Source: Octopus sinensis
Taxonomy: Eukaryota
Direction: 5' to 3'
DNA length: 64,000 bases
Assembly (NCBI RefSeq): GCF_006345805.1
Contig: NC_043015.1
Coordinates: 29,946,001-30,010,000 of the forward strand
Shown here: positions 53,401-62,620 of the stretch, piece after piece
Numbering within the stretch: position 1 is the first letter of the stretch
Layout of the letters: each line of letters opens with the position of its first letter
Made by a program: the position numbers and the translations under genes
Notes under the pieces: generated by a model
Seen by the model: only the letters and a program-made list of their open reading frames with translations
Databases searched by the model: none
Told to the model about the DNA's origin: nothing

Positions 53401-56289
53401 GTTGATTACAATGACTCCAGTACTCAACTGGTACTTACTTATTTTATCAACCCCGAAAGGATGAAAGGCAGAATCAACTCAGAACATAAAGACAGATGAA
53501 CTCCTGCTAAGCATTTCACTCTGCATGCTAACGATTCTGCCAGCTTGCCTCCTTAATATTAATAGTAATAACCCTTTATACTGAAGGTATAAGGCCTGAA
53601 ACTTGTGGGAGAGGACGGTGGATATTTTATCAGTGGAGTTTGAACTCAGAACATAAAGACGGATGAAATACTGTTAAGCATTTCACTTGACATGCTAACG
53701 ATTCTGCTAGCTTGACTCCATCATCATCATCGTCGTCGTCGTTTAACGTCCACTTTCCATGCTAGCATGGGTTGGACGGTTTGACTGTGGGCTGGCGAAC
53801 CAGATGGCTGCACCAGGCTCTAGTCTTGATCTGGCAGAGTTTCTACAGTTGGATGCCCTTCCTAATGCCAACCATTCCGAGAGTTTAGTGGGTGCTTTTA
53901 CGTGCCAGTCAGGCGGTACTGGCAACGATCTCGCTCGAATTTTTTTTTCCACATGCCAACGGCACAGGTGCCAGTAAGGCGATGCTGGTAACGATTCTGC
54001 TCGAATGGTGCCTCCTACATGCCACCGGCACGGAAGCCAGTTAGCCGCTTTGGCAACGATCATGCTCGGATGGTGCTCAATAATAATAATAATAAAGCAC
54101 TTGTAATCATTATCATCATTTACCATCCATTTTCTATGCTAGTATAGGTTGGACACAAGTACAATGCAAATTGTTAAGAAACTTGTAGCAAGTAGTACAC
54201 TAAATAATACTTACTGTGTATGTATTTATATGATCGGTAGCATGGTGCGGTGACTGCTGTGGATAGATATGAGTTGGCCGACTGGTCGGGGCAGAGACGC
54301 GGGATGAGAGAGAGGTCTCCACCCCAGAATGTGGAACTTTCTCGACATGTCTATCTGCACCTGAGTAAGGCTGGTTATTCATGTCTTCACCTGTGAGAAA
54401 GGAGAAACAGTAAAGTAGGGATTAATTAATTAAAAACAAAACAAACAAAAAAAAACAATGGAAACAACAACTAACAGAGGCACAAGGTTGCAGATGATGG
54501 GGAGGGGGTCAATTAGAGTTACTGCTACATATGACTAGTACGTATGGATTCTGAAAGTATTGAAAAAGAGAAAAACTGACCATAGTAGAATTTGAACTCA
54601 TATGTAACGAAATATCCCAAAGTATTTTGCCAATAGCTCTGATTTTTGCAGATTCCACCACCCAAATAACAATAATAATAATAATAATTTTAGCACAAGT
54701 TCAGTTATTTTCAGAGAGAGGGTTGATTAACACTATCCACCCCAGTATTTGACTGATATTTTGTAATTAACCCATCAAAATATGAAAAGAAAAGTTCACC
54801 TCAGCAGGATTTGAATTCAGAAGAACTACTGAATGGCAGTTTTCCTGATGCTTTAACAGCAAAATTCACATTGGATTCTGCCAACCCAACACCATCATCA
54901 TCGTTTAACGTCCGTTTTCCATGCAAGCATGGGTTGGACGGTTCGACCGGGGTCTGGGAAGCCAGGAGGCTGTACCAGGCTCCAATCTTGATCTGGCAGA
55001 GTTTCTACAGCTGGATGCCCTTCCTAATGCCAACCACTCCATGAGTGTAGTGGGTGCTTTTTACGTGCCACTGTCACAGGTGCCAGGGGAGGCTGGCAAC
55101 GGCCATGATCGGTTGGTGCTTTTTACGTGCCACCAGCACGGAAGCCAGTCAAGGTGGCGCTGGCAACATCCTTATAGTATTAATTGTTTCTGGTTCAGGG
55201 GGACACTGGCCTACAGTTTTTGAGATGAGAGGTTAGTAGATTACATTGATCCTGTTCCTAATTTTGCCAGTCTACCAACCTAATAATTGTAATAATAATG
55301 GTTTCAAATTTTGGCACAAGGCCAGGAAGTTTGTAGGAGGGGGCATAGTTGAGTACATTGACTTCAATGCTCAACTGGTGCTTATCGACTGCAAAAGAAT
55401 GAAAGGCAAAGTCGACCTTGAGGGAATTTGAACTCAGAATGTAAACACAGACAAAATGCCACAAAGCATTTTGCCCGGTGCAGTAACGACTCTGCCAACT
55501 TGTCTCCTTGTATAATGAAAACAACAAGAGAAATATACTTGCATAGCAAGTGTTGTGTGCTGAAGATAAAGTGATTGCAGTGTGGAAGACATAAAAGTTA
55601 GCCACTGGCCGTTGCCAGCCTCGCCTGGCCCCCGTCCTGGTGGCACGTAAAAAGCACCATCCGATCGAGGCCGTTTGCCAGCCTCATCTGGCACCTGTGC
55701 AGGTGGCACATAAAAAGCACCCACTACACTCTCGGAGTGGTTGGTGTTAGGAAGGGCATCCAGCTGTAGAAACACTGCCAGATCAGACTGGAGCCTGGTG
55801 CAACCTCCTGGCTTCCCAGACCCCAGTTGAACCGTCCAACCCATGCTAGCACGGAAAACGGACGTTAAACGATGATGATGATGATGATTTAGAAACACAC
55901 AAAGACCATTAAATTCACTTAAACATTTATTTATAACATTGTTTTAAAAATTTTCTTCACTCAAAACTGCGACTTCATCATCATCATCATCATTATTATC
56001 ATCGTTTAACGTCCGTTTTCCATGCTAGCATGGGTTGGACGGTTCGACCGGGATCTGGGAAGCCAGAAGGCTGCACCAGGCTCCAGTCTGATCCGGCAGT
56101 GTTTCTACAGCTGGATGCCCTTTCGCTAATTAAAAATTTTACTGCATCTAATAATAATAATAATTCTTCCTCATTTTTGCACAAGGCCAGTTTATAATAA
56201 TAAGTCCTGACAGCTTTTTTTTCTTTTATCAGAAATTTGACTTAACCTTGTGTAGATGCTGGGCTAATCTCTATTGTCCCAATTTCCAT
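21189..56289 (-). CDS. SAP130: Histone deacetylase complex subunit SAP130 orthologue, whole spliced CDS (19 exons, 2961 nt, 986 aa)
   Basis: Every intron is GT-AG and exon phases chain without a stop from ATG 56289 to TAG 21189. Motifs I recognise from vertebrate SAP130 occur in order: FTSHLPRGAAAA, SPRPSILRKRP, ASPRKKPRKQ, STDDE, EYTDEEGVR, HFQRHSDV, GWKLY, NIQRCKLVIDQLSEAHDSMLKILDHKD. No database search was run. Confidence 0.93.
21847..22320 (+). mobile_element. SINE family A with expanded (TG)n core
   Basis: Family A head and tail around a ~160-bp TG tract. Confidence 0.85.
22384..22990 (+). mobile_element. Old copy of the CR1/L2-group LINE RT, split by a family B SINE
   Basis: 22384-22594 and ~22830-22990 align with the PLLFIVAL..YADDTK..QFNA and VRDLG regions of the 11231-13205 LINE. 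Confidence 0.7.
22595..22825 (-). mobile_element. tRNA-derived SINE, family B
   Basis: Head GGCGGCGAGCTGGCAGAAACGTTAG, core GTCGACTTTGCCTTTCATCCTTTCGGGGTCGATAA; other copies at 29467-29686, 33003-33237 and 40864-41086. Confidence 0.88.
23525..23647 (-). CDS. SAP130: SAP130 coding exon 18 (NDMEKVICNQMCKLQE...RLHELTQ)
   Basis: TTTATTTTAG acceptor, CAG|GTCAGT donor, phase 0 to 0. Confidence 0.92.
25502..25605 (-). CDS. SAP130: SAP130 coding exon 17 (EDRRSSVNELSNQRGVVQKASGWKLYFLATQLEDM)
   Basis: TTGCAG acceptor, ATG|GTAAGT donor, phase 1 to 0. Confidence 0.95.
26025..26245. mobile_element. TTAA-flanked piggyBac-like MITE (family F)
   Basis: TTAA|CCCTTT...AAAGGG|TTAA; a sister copy lies at 56992-57211. 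Confidence 0.8.
27044..27178 (-). CDS. SAP130: SAP130 coding exon 16, start of conserved C-terminal domain (EYTDEEGVRW...HFQRHSDVKSK)
   Basis: CCCCCTTTAG acceptor, AAG|GTAATT donor, phase 1 to 1. Confidence 0.95.
27246..27800 (+). mobile_element. Long family C SINE with internal ~60-bp tandem units
   Basis: Repeated GTGGCACGTAA..GCACCATTCGAGCGTGATCGTT units before the family C tail; lies about 70 nt from exon 27044-27178. Confidence 0.85.
28251..28369 (-). CDS. SAP130: SAP130 coding exon 15 (NANEELKDNTSTDDEYDK...EVKD)
   Basis: TTTCCAG acceptor, ATG|GTAAGT donor, phase 2 to 1. Confidence 0.93.
29207..29303 (-). CDS. SAP130: SAP130 coding exon 14 (...EASPRKKPRKQM, NLS-like)
   Basis: CTTCCAG acceptor, GTT|GTAAGT donor, phase 1 to 2; ASPRKKPRKQ motif. 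Confidence 0.95.
30187..30563 (-). mobile_element. SINE family A
   Basis: Reverse-complement match to the consensus. Confidence 0.9.
30668..30789 (-). CDS. SAP130: SAP130 coding exon 13 (DNSQSSTDTALS...THEQN)
   Basis: TATTGCAG acceptor, ATG|GTATGT donor, phase 2 to 1. Confidence 0.87.
31698..32062 (+). mobile_element. SINE family A
   Basis: Match to the consensus. Confidence 0.9.
33864..34345 (-). mobile_element. SINE family C with four ~60-bp internal repeats
   Basis: (CAT)n end at 33864; repeated GTGCCACCGGCACAGGTGCCAGA.GAGGCTGGCAAACG units. Confidence 0.88.
34554..34725 (-). CDS. SAP130: SAP130 coding exon 12 (...NNSSPRPSILRKRPNDG)
   Basis: TTTTAG acceptor, TGG|GTAAGG donor, phase 1 to 2; SAP130 SPRPSILRK motif. 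Confidence 0.93.
35133..35527 (-). mobile_element. Non-autonomous Helitron
   Basis: Minus strand starts A|TC(TTTATATAT) and ends CCCGAGCAACGCCGGG hairpin ...CTAG|T, inserted between A and T with no TSD. Confidence 0.85.
35686..35943. repeat. ~258-bp near-perfect palindrome (~119-bp arms, 21-nt spacer)
   Basis: 35686-35804 is the reverse complement of 35826-35943 with few mismatches; the same arm occurs singly at 50539-50666. Confidence 0.92.
35816..35865 (+). ncRNA. Putative minimal type I hammerhead ribozyme, G3-C8 core variant
   Basis: TTTGTCA-[GTGAACA]-G-GTCGC-GGTCTCAA-GCGAC-[GAAA]-ATATTT-TGGCAAA. Confidence 0.5.
36316..36575. repeat. ~105-bp tandem repeat, about 2.5 copies
   Basis: GGTAGAAA.AGCAGCCAAAT.TCCC.CAAATCACACCTTACTGTCTTAT occurs three times. 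Confidence 0.85.
37463..37696 (-). CDS. SAP130: SAP130 coding exon 11 (ISSNTANYST...VVTATQE)
   Basis: TTATTTAG acceptor, AAA|GTGAGT donor, phase 1 to 1. Confidence 0.87.
37783..38176 (+). mobile_element. Non-autonomous Helitron with an unusually long terminal hairpin
   Basis: A|TC(TCTATATA) start and CTAG|T end; perfect 18-bp stem 38136-38153 paired with 38161-38178. Confidence 0.8.
39030..39250. mobile_element. TTAA-flanked piggyBac-like MITE (family E)
   Basis: TTAA|CCCTTTAG...CTAAAGGG|TTAA; copies at 52117-52335 and ~24293-24515, partial copies at 40252-40348 and ~43770. Confidence 0.82.
39353..39462 (-). CDS. SAP130: SAP130 coding exon 10 (RATVVPHMQQYMQPELIYKMSYPVYPMSHATVRPSI)
   Basis: TTTTGACAG acceptor, TTA|GTAAGT donor, phase 2 to 1; required to reconcile the phases of the flanking exons. 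Confidence 0.85.
40371..40632 (-). CDS. SAP130: SAP130 coding exon 9 (AKVTPQRQQ...poly-Ala...DNRQEG)
   Basis: CCCTTCAG acceptor, AGG|GTAAGT donor, phase 1 to 2. Confidence 0.88.
41771..41887 (-). CDS. SAP130: SAP130 coding exon 8 (AISMPNQPAATSSS...SIPI)
   Basis: TCTCAACAG acceptor, TTG|GTGAGT donor, 117 nt, phase 1 to 1. Confidence 0.85.
42823..43222 (-). mobile_element. SINE family A
   Basis: Reverse-complement match to the consensus. Confidence 0.9.
43537..43620 (-). CDS. SAP130: SAP130 coding exon 7 (GGAKWGTVNQLVDLTKEASKSMATKTLA)
   Basis: TTTCAG acceptor, CAG|GTAAGT donor, 84 nt, phase 1 to 1; not in the ORF track, translated manually. Confidence 0.82.
44544..44809 (-). CDS. SAP130: SAP130 coding exon 6 (RQNMPVYSDS...NIAIKP)
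   Basis: TTTTCAG acceptor, CAG|GTCTGT donor, phase 2 to 1. Confidence 0.88.
46011..46385 (-). mobile_element. SINE family A
   Basis: Reverse-complement match; its head lies about 70 nt from the donor at 46453. Confidence 0.9.
46454..46712 (-). CDS. SAP130: SAP130 coding exon 5 (GAAAASALSVPK...ILRSEKP)
   Basis: TTGCCAG acceptor, AAG|GTATGC donor, phase 1 to 2. Confidence 0.9.
46970..47154. mobile_element. Mariner-like MITE
   Basis: Imperfect TIRs AGGGGGTACTGCAAAAGTTCCTGG / CCAGGAACTTTACAGCACCCCCCT with TA flanks. Confidence 0.65.
47164..47604 (-). mobile_element. SINE family A with an internal ~30-bp duplication
   Basis: Match to the consensus; CAGCATCGGTTGTCAAGCAATGC is duplicated. Confidence 0.88.
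48280..48594 (-). CDS. SAP130: SAP130 coding exon 4 (poly-Gly tract, ...FTSHLPR)
   Basis: TTTTCAG acceptor, GAG|GTAAGT donor, phase 1 to 1; forms SHLPRGAAAA across the junction. Confidence 0.9.
49845..50180 (-). mobile_element. tRNA-derived SINE (distinct family)
   Basis: Minus-strand head TGGCTCAGTGGTTAGAGTGTC..TTTGATTCCCAG followed by TTGAGCAAGACACTTT. Confidence 0.7.
50541..50702 (-). mobile_element. 162-bp insertion with a 12-bp direct repeat (probable TSD), carrying the putative hammerhead
   Basis: GAAATAATTATT at 50529-50540 and 50703-50714; the body equals the arm of the 35686 palindrome. Confidence 0.75.
50616..50666 (-). ncRNA. Putative minimal type I hammerhead ribozyme, G3-C8 core variant, sense to SAP130 pre-mRNA
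   Basis: Minus strand: TTTGTCA-[GTGAACA]-G-GTCGT-GGTCTCAAA-GCGAC-[GAAA]-ATATTT-TGACAAA. Confidence 0.5.
50761..51173 (-). mobile_element. SINE family A
   Basis: Reverse-complement match to the consensus. Confidence 0.9.
51368..51440 (-). CDS. SAP130: SAP130 coding exon 3 (KPATSLPAATHSPISNVSNILPTA)
   Basis: TTTTTCAG acceptor, CAG|GTAAAT donor, phase 0 to 1. Confidence 0.85.
51690..52035 (+). mobile_element. RTE/BovB-like LINE 3' fragment
   Basis: RKVGGQKKRFKDSLKVSLKDFSI..WETLAADR, then frameshifted GRGFLARIGLTSHLRSH (C2H2-like), and a (TTA)n tail. Confidence 0.8.
52715..53720 (-). repeat. Head-to-tail cluster of about 5 family-B-related SINEs separated by (AAT)n/(CAT)n
   Basis: Repeated CACAAGGCC..GGGGAGGG..CCCCGAAAGGATGAAAGGCAAAG..GAATTTGAACTCAGAAC..CTAACGATTCTGCCAGCT units. 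Confidence 0.75.
54215..54390 (-). CDS. SAP130: SAP130 coding exon 2 (GEDMNNQPYS...HINTYT)
   Basis: CTTTCTCACAG acceptor, ACA|GTAAGT donor, open frame, phase 1 to 0. Confidence 0.85.
56247..56289 (-). CDS. SAP130: SAP130 coding exon 1 (coding part of exon 56247-56365), MEIGTIEISPASTQ
   Basis: Acceptor TTTTGCAG at 56366, donor CAAG|GTTAAG at 56246; phase 1 joins the next exon as Q-G-E-D-M. An alternative start at the next Met (54382) cannot be excluded. Confidence 0.65.
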
Positions 56290-57748
56290 AGCATGCTGAT
56301 GATTACGATGGCAGTGACAATGACACAGATGGCCGTGATGACAACGATGGTGTTGATAATAGTAACTGCAAAAATACGATCAAGTAACATAAGGATCACC
56401 ACCTACTATAAATTGCTTTACGTCACCATTACAAATAAAACATGTCACTATAACCTGAATTCTTCTTGCCTCTTAGCAGTTACGTATAGTACAGTAAAAC
56501 AATATTGTGGCTCAAGTTTCATCACACACACACATTTGCAGTAATGAACAAGAGAAACCTACACAAATCTCAGAGTTTTGGGGTTTGAGGTATAAATTTG
56601 CTTAAGGTGTCTAAGAAGAATACAGAATAAAGACAATCATTTCCTGTTGCCTTCACTAACAAGGTATGAAGCTTAAAGCTTTCTAAGGACTACAATTTCT
56701 TCTGTTTATGTATTGGAGTAAAGAGGGAGTGGGTTGTGTCCAGCTCTGTCAGCTTTCTAATTGCTATTAATATAAGCTAATCTGAAAATAGCTACAAGCG
56801 TGAATCAAAACTGGGTTGCAGGAGATATCTGGCCTGCCAGGAGTTTACTCATACTGTGCAATGGTCACCTACAGTACTACTTCTACTGCTGAACGTACTA
56901 CTAAACCAAGCCATCTTCTGTTCAGGCAAAAAGATGAGTGAACTACACAAAGCAAAGTTAGCAAATTACTGTCTCAAGGTACTTCAGTTAACCCCTTCAT
57001 TACTGTATTTATTTTGAGATGCTCTGTATTTCTTTCAATTACTTTAAATATAACAAAGAATTTAATAAAATAACTTCGTTATCATTAAGCTAGTATTAGG
57101 AACATAAATTGTGACTAAGTTTTGGTGGAATATTTTAATTCAGAATTTTTGAAAACAAGGCATTTGTACTCAGAACCTGAGCCGGTTTCAGCCGGGTTGG
57201 TAACGAAAGGGTTAACAGCATGCAGCAACCCATGGTGCTTACTTACAGCTAGGTTGGCTTTAAAAGCAGCATGGCCAGTAACCTTGGAGACAGATTTTGT
57301 AAAATCAAGCTTGCCTTCGGGTCCAGAGGAATCCTCTCAAAAACAGAGAATGGTGTGAATTTTTATAATTTTTTCTTTAGGGAGTAAAATAACTTGTCAG
57401 ATATTCATAGGGCTCTCTTTGGCTCTACTCACTGCAGATCAATGTACTGGTTGAATCCCAACCCTTAGAAGCCCCTGAACACAGCATATAAACAAATGGC
57501 CTGGTGAAATATGAAATACTGACCATTTAGCTTGTGTTGAACTACTGGACTAAAGAGAGGAGTAAACGAGAGAAAATAAGGAGACAAACGAAAGGGCAAT
57601 GAGAGAAAGAGGGGACACAAATAAGGAGAACAGACAAAAGCTAAAGAAGGTGAGATGGGCAACAAACAGATTTTCATCACGGCATCTACTCACAAGCAAA
57701 GTGACTGACGTCCCTCTTGAGAGCGGGAGAAAATACATCAGTCTCCAT
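56271..57748 (-). CDS. Candidate spliced uORF, 49 aa, single hydrophobic segment (57748-57694 joined to 56365-56271)
   Basis: Manual translation METDVFSPALKRDVSHFA-FTIINTIVVITAICVIVTAIVIISMLWKLGQ*; depends on the putative UTR exon being real. Confidence 0.35.
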
Positions 57749-57835
57749 CTGAGTTGATAACTCTACACCTGTAGTTCCTCAACTGGGGTCCATATAAGAT
57801 TTTGTTAAAATTTGTGCAATAAATTGGCTACACTT
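57694..57835 (-). other. SAP130: Probable 5'UTR exon of SAP130 (carries uORF starts)
   Basis: Donor CTT|GTGAGT at 57693 and acceptor TTTTCTGTACTATAG at 57836; a weaker alternative acceptor lies at 57769. The SAP130 frame has an in-frame TGA here, so the exon is not part of the main CDS. Confidence 0.45.
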
Positions 57836-59499
57836 CTATAGTACAGAAAATATTTCAAAAAAAAATTTTTTTCACCCACTACACTCTCGGAGTGGTTGGC
57901 GTTAGGAAGGGCATCCAGCTGTAGAAACTCTGCCAGATCAAGATTGAAGCCTGGTGCAGCCATCTGGCTCGCCAGCCCTCAGTCAAAATCGTCCAACCCA
58001 TGCTAACATGGAAAGCGGACGTTAAACAATGATGATGATCATGATGAATTCCTAATAATATTCAATTATAAAAATATAATAGTACTTTTTAAACATCAAT
58101 TGGTTATGAGGGTCCACTTGAGAGAAATAGGAACCAAAGGGGTCCACAGGTGAAAAAAAGATTGAGAACCATTGCCCTACACAAAGCCTAGATGAAACCC
58201 ATGAGGAAGTACTGTTCACATCCCTCATCATTTAGATTCACTTTTCCATGCTTGTATGAATCAGACAGAACTTGTTGAGGTAGATTTTCTACAGCTGGAT
58301 GGTTCCCTATCACCATCACTCACCTGTTTGTAAGCAAAGAAATATTTCCCATGGTTAGATATGAATTTCTTAACCACAGAGCTACACCAGTGCCTATTAT
58401 AACTGCCCCCCACACAAAGGTTTTCTTCCCTGCATCCAAAGACAAACCACTCAACTAATTAGCATAAAGTTATTCACAAACATATTCCAGACCCTAACAA
58501 AAGGATGTACTGTCCCTTCTTTCTACCGTTTCTACAACAGTGGCTTCTGTTCCTTGGGGCTGTTTGATTCCACAGCTTACTTACCTTTCTTACTGCATAT
58601 TCTAACTCCAACTTTAAGCTCTGCACAAACTATACACCCAGCTCTTCCTCCACAGAATGTTATCCAACTAGATTCCCTATTTTGCATATTTTCTGAGCGC
58701 ATCAAAGTGCAAACTGCTCAAAAACAAATCTTAACAGTGTCAATCTCACCAACCATGGATTTTAGCTGGCCTTTAAAGGCCATAAACACAGTCCTTTCAT
58801 CCACAAACCTAAAGCAATTTTGTAACAGTTTGTTAAAATAGAAACATAAAGAAGAAGCAAATATATGTATGCATATGTATGTGTGCTCATGCATACTTGT
58901 GTGTATGCGTAAACACACAAACGCACATCATCATCGTTTAACATCTGTTTTCCATGCTAGCATGGGTTGGACGGTTCAACTGGGGTCTGGGAAGCCAGAA
59001 GGCTGCGCCAGGCTCCAGTCTGATCTGGCAGTGTTTCTACAGCTGGATGCCCTTCCTAACGCCAACCACTCCGTGAGTGTAGTGGGTGCTTTTTACGTGC
59101 CACCTGCACAGGTGCCAGGCGAGGCTGGCAACGGCCACAATCGGTTGGTGCATTTTACATGACACCGGCAGCACTGGCATCGGCCACGATTCGGATGGTA
59201 CTTTTTACAAAACTCTATAAAACTATTTTATTTACAAGGCACAGAAGACTAACATTTACTAAACTTAACTCTTAAAGAACAATACCACAATTAACTGTAA
59301 CTATCAATGGGTCCTGAATGAAAAAATCTTTTGAGAGAAAGACACACACACACAATACACACATGAGCTCTGTCTAAAAAGAAACCGAATCTTTAAAACA
59401 GCATGCCAAACACATCACACCACACTAATTAGACATCAATCAACCAACACATGCTAGAATGAAAGTATGCCCTAGATCTGTCACAAGTCAACTAATGAA

Positions 59500-60110
59500 G
59501 AATTTAGAAGAGAAACATGTCTATGCAAAATTCTAATACCAAATTGGGGAAAACTAGCTCTGAGACTTTTCTGAAGTTGCAATAAGGCCCAAAGGGGAAG
59601 ACTGTTAGTTCCACACACTTACAATGCCATGAGTGGGACCAGGACTCCAAATCAGAACATCTACCAAAGAGGAACCTAAAGCGGAATAAGATCACCTCCT
59701 GACTGGTCATGAAGATACTAAAGAAGTAGGCATCTGTAAAAATTAGTCTAGTCCCACATGACTTTAAAAGTAAACTTGAAAACACAGGGTGCAACTGCAA
59801 AATTTGACCCCTTCCCCCACCTAAAAAAAAATAAATAAATAAATAATGCCATTCAAGGGTTGTTTGAAAATTTTCTGAAAAGTGTTACATGGATGTATGG
59901 CTATGAAGCTGAAACAAAAACAGTTTGTCACATTAGTGTGAATCATTGTTGGGACCAGAAAATGCATGTTGGAGTCACTCAGTTATGAAGCTGATATTGA
60001 TCTGATCATTTTGATTTGGAAAGCTACCGTTCGATAATGTGTCAACAGTCGATGGTATACCATTCAAACGAGACAAATCCAATTAAATAGTAGACAGAGC
60101 AATAACTTCA
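59500..60110 (+). mobile_element. Highly degenerate mariner transposase remnant
   Basis: TKLGKTSSETFLKLQ..CHEW (HTH-like) and TWMYGYEAETK (DETW.Y.YEPETK-like) in shifted frames. Confidence 0.5.
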
Positions 60111-61242
60111 TTTTTAGAAAGCTTAGTTTCCTTTTGGACACACCTTGTACACACACACACACACACACACATGTATGTATCTATGTATGTACAACCATAC
60201 ATAGATATTAATACATGTGTGATTTTGTTTGTGAGTGTGTGTTGCTAGAAAGGGTTAGGGGTGATCCCTTCAAGAGTTTAACTGTAGTCCACAATATATT
60301 TTCTTTCATTGCATAGTGGCCAAGCTGGGGCATAGCCATCTGGGGTATAATCAATTATACTAAACCCAGAGATTATTTTATCAATTAGTATTTCATTTTA
60401 CTGACCTCAGAAAGAAGAAAATTAAAGTAAGCCTTTAGCAAGAACTGAAATAAGAATATATAAAGGGATGTAGCCTAATGTCAAAAGGTATTCTGTCTGA
60501 TACCCTACCAATTCTGCAATCCAGCTGATTGGATTTCAGGCAGTTACAACTCACCCTGTACCTTGCAAGCCTATCTAGGTCCTCCTTGATCGTCGTAACC
60601 CAGGTCTTCATATATACATATTATACTGATGTAAATAAATGTCATTTCCAATATTTTACAAAAACTTGATTGGCCATGGGGGAAATATTACTTTGCCTAG
60701 ATTGACCCCTGGCATGAAGCTGCACCCACCACCAAAGGGTTTGTATTTTTGCGAGCTGCATGGCAACCTCAACAGTGTAAAAGGCACAAAACAAAAGCAC
60801 CCAGTCCACGTTGTGAAGTGGCTGACATTAAGAAATGCAACCATGCTAAAAGAGACACTGGAGAACAATGCAGTCCTTGGATGCATCAGATCCTATCAAA
60901 CTGTCCAACTCATGCCAGCAGAGATCAGAGACATTAAATGATGATGGTCATCATCATCATCATTTATAATTGTTGACATCATGAGAATGTATGACCTTTC
61001 AAGAGAATATGAAATAATTCTTGTTTGGAATTGGTTCTCAAAGCACATAAATGATGTTACATCACAGAATGTAAATACTGGGTTGAAAGATGCCAGATTT
61101 TCTATGGCCAGATGCCCTTACTGCTAGCAAACCATACCCAATCTAGGCAAAGTAATGTTTCCCCCATGGCCAATCAAGTTTTTGTAAAATATTGGAAATG
61201 ACATTTATTTACAACAGTATAATATGTATATATGAAGACCTG

Positions 61243-61428
61243 GGTCACGAAGATCAAGGAGGACCTCTCCGTGCTCACGGGACCGCAGGTGGTCGGCCTG
61301 CGCCAATGGAACCATGACTGGCGCAAGACCGTCGTGCGTGGGTTGCCATGGTTTGAGATGTCTCGAGGGTGGTAGAAGAAGCCAACTCAACCTGTCCAGG
61401 GGGAATGTTGCCACAAGTACAAGTAAGT
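61243..61428 (+). mobile_element. RTE LINE 3' fragment
   Basis: MKTWVTKIKEDLSVLTGPQVVGLRQWNHDW with tail CAAGTACAAGTAAGT; the same tail occurs inverted at ~42152-42212. Confidence 0.7.
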
Positions 61429-61929
61429 ATATATTGAAATATCTCATCATCAACATCATTTAATGTTTGTTTTCCATGTTGGCATGGGTCAGATGGTTTG
61501 ACTGGAGCTAGTAAGGCCAGAGGCTGCACCATGTTCCATTTCTGTTCTGGCATGGTTTCTACAGCTGGACACCCTAATGCTAACCATTCCAGAGTGTACT
61601 TGGTGCTTTTTACATGGCACCAGTACCAGTATCAATTCTGCTGCTGTGGTGGATGAGTTTTCTTGAGTACCGCAAAGTGCCAGATATCTCAGTCCTTTGC
61701 CATCTCCTTTGTAAGGCCGTCTTGAGATCAGCCTTCACTACATCATCCCACGTCTTCCTGACTACAAGCAGAAATTTGCTATTTCCTTCCTTATAAATCA
61801 TTCACTAACTTTGCGACTTCAAAGACAAGTGAGTAAAATATTTCCTTTCTTGAAAGACAGGTAAGTGTTTGTGACAAGAAGAGCATCCAACTGTAAAACA
61901 ATATCTCAATAATACATATTCATCTAACC

Positions 61930-62238
61930 CAGTGGGTCTCAATCATGGTCCATATGGCCCCTAAAGGTCCACACAACAAATAATATTTTAAGGGCACCTG
62001 AAAAAAAATTATGCTTCAGATGTATGTATTGATATGTATTGCAAAAAACAGCAAGGTTCCGTTCTCTAACATTTTACATAGTTCAACCTTCACAAGTTAA
62101 TGTGTGGAAAACAAAATAGGAATTTTAAAAGAAGTTTCTATAAAACTAGTTTTTAAATATTGCATGACTATGGGGGGTCCACCAGAATAAAATAGTAACC
62201 AAAAGGGTCCATAGATACAAAAAGGTTGAGAACCCTTG
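61930..62238. mobile_element. hAT-family MITE
   Basis: TIRs CAGTGGGTCTCAA / TTGAGAACCCTTG with an 8-bp TSD ATCTAACC / ATCTAATC. Confidence 0.8.
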
Positions 62239-62307
62239 ATCTAATCGATGCCAGCATCAAAAAGCAAACATAAAAACAACTGAATGAATGAATATGTATG
62301 CAGATAT

Positions 62308-62352
<45 letters not shown>

Positions 62353-62355
62353 GAT

Positions 62356-62620
62356 GCGCAATGGCCCAGTGGTTAGGGCAGCAGACTTGCGGTCGTAGGA
62401 TTGCAGTTTCGATTCCCAGACCGGGTGTTGTGAGTGTTTATTGAGCGAAAACATCTAAAGCTCCACGTGGAGGTGGTGACCCCAGCTGTACTCTTTCACT
62501 GCAACTTTCTCTCACTCTTTCTTCTGTTGGCCTGCTCGCTCAGCCAGTGGGGTGGCATCATTTGAAGGCTAAAACAATGTGAAATGCATGGTGACCAGCG
62601 ATGTGTAGCAACACCTGATA
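62356..62620 (+). mobile_element. tRNA-derived SINE, family D (copies on the minus strand at ~63400-63710 and ~44095-44215)
   Basis: Head GCGCAATGGCCCAGTGGTTAGGGCAGCAGACT..GTTTCGATTCCCAGACC. Confidence 0.8.

Noticed and set aside
56290-56365. His/Cys-rich N-terminal extension of SAP130 (YYYQHHRCHHGHLCHCHCHRNHQHA)
   Set aside because: Open in the SAP130 frame but no in-frame ATG was found upstream (TGA in the putative 5' exon); it is the CAT frame of a decayed trinucleotide repeat. It would revive only if a different upstream coding exon exists.
59960-60085. Minus-strand frame LDLSRLNGIPSTVDTLSNGSFPNQNDQ as a possible upstream SAP130 exon
   Set aside because: It ends in a stop without a donor, and the opposite strand reads as mariner transposase remnant
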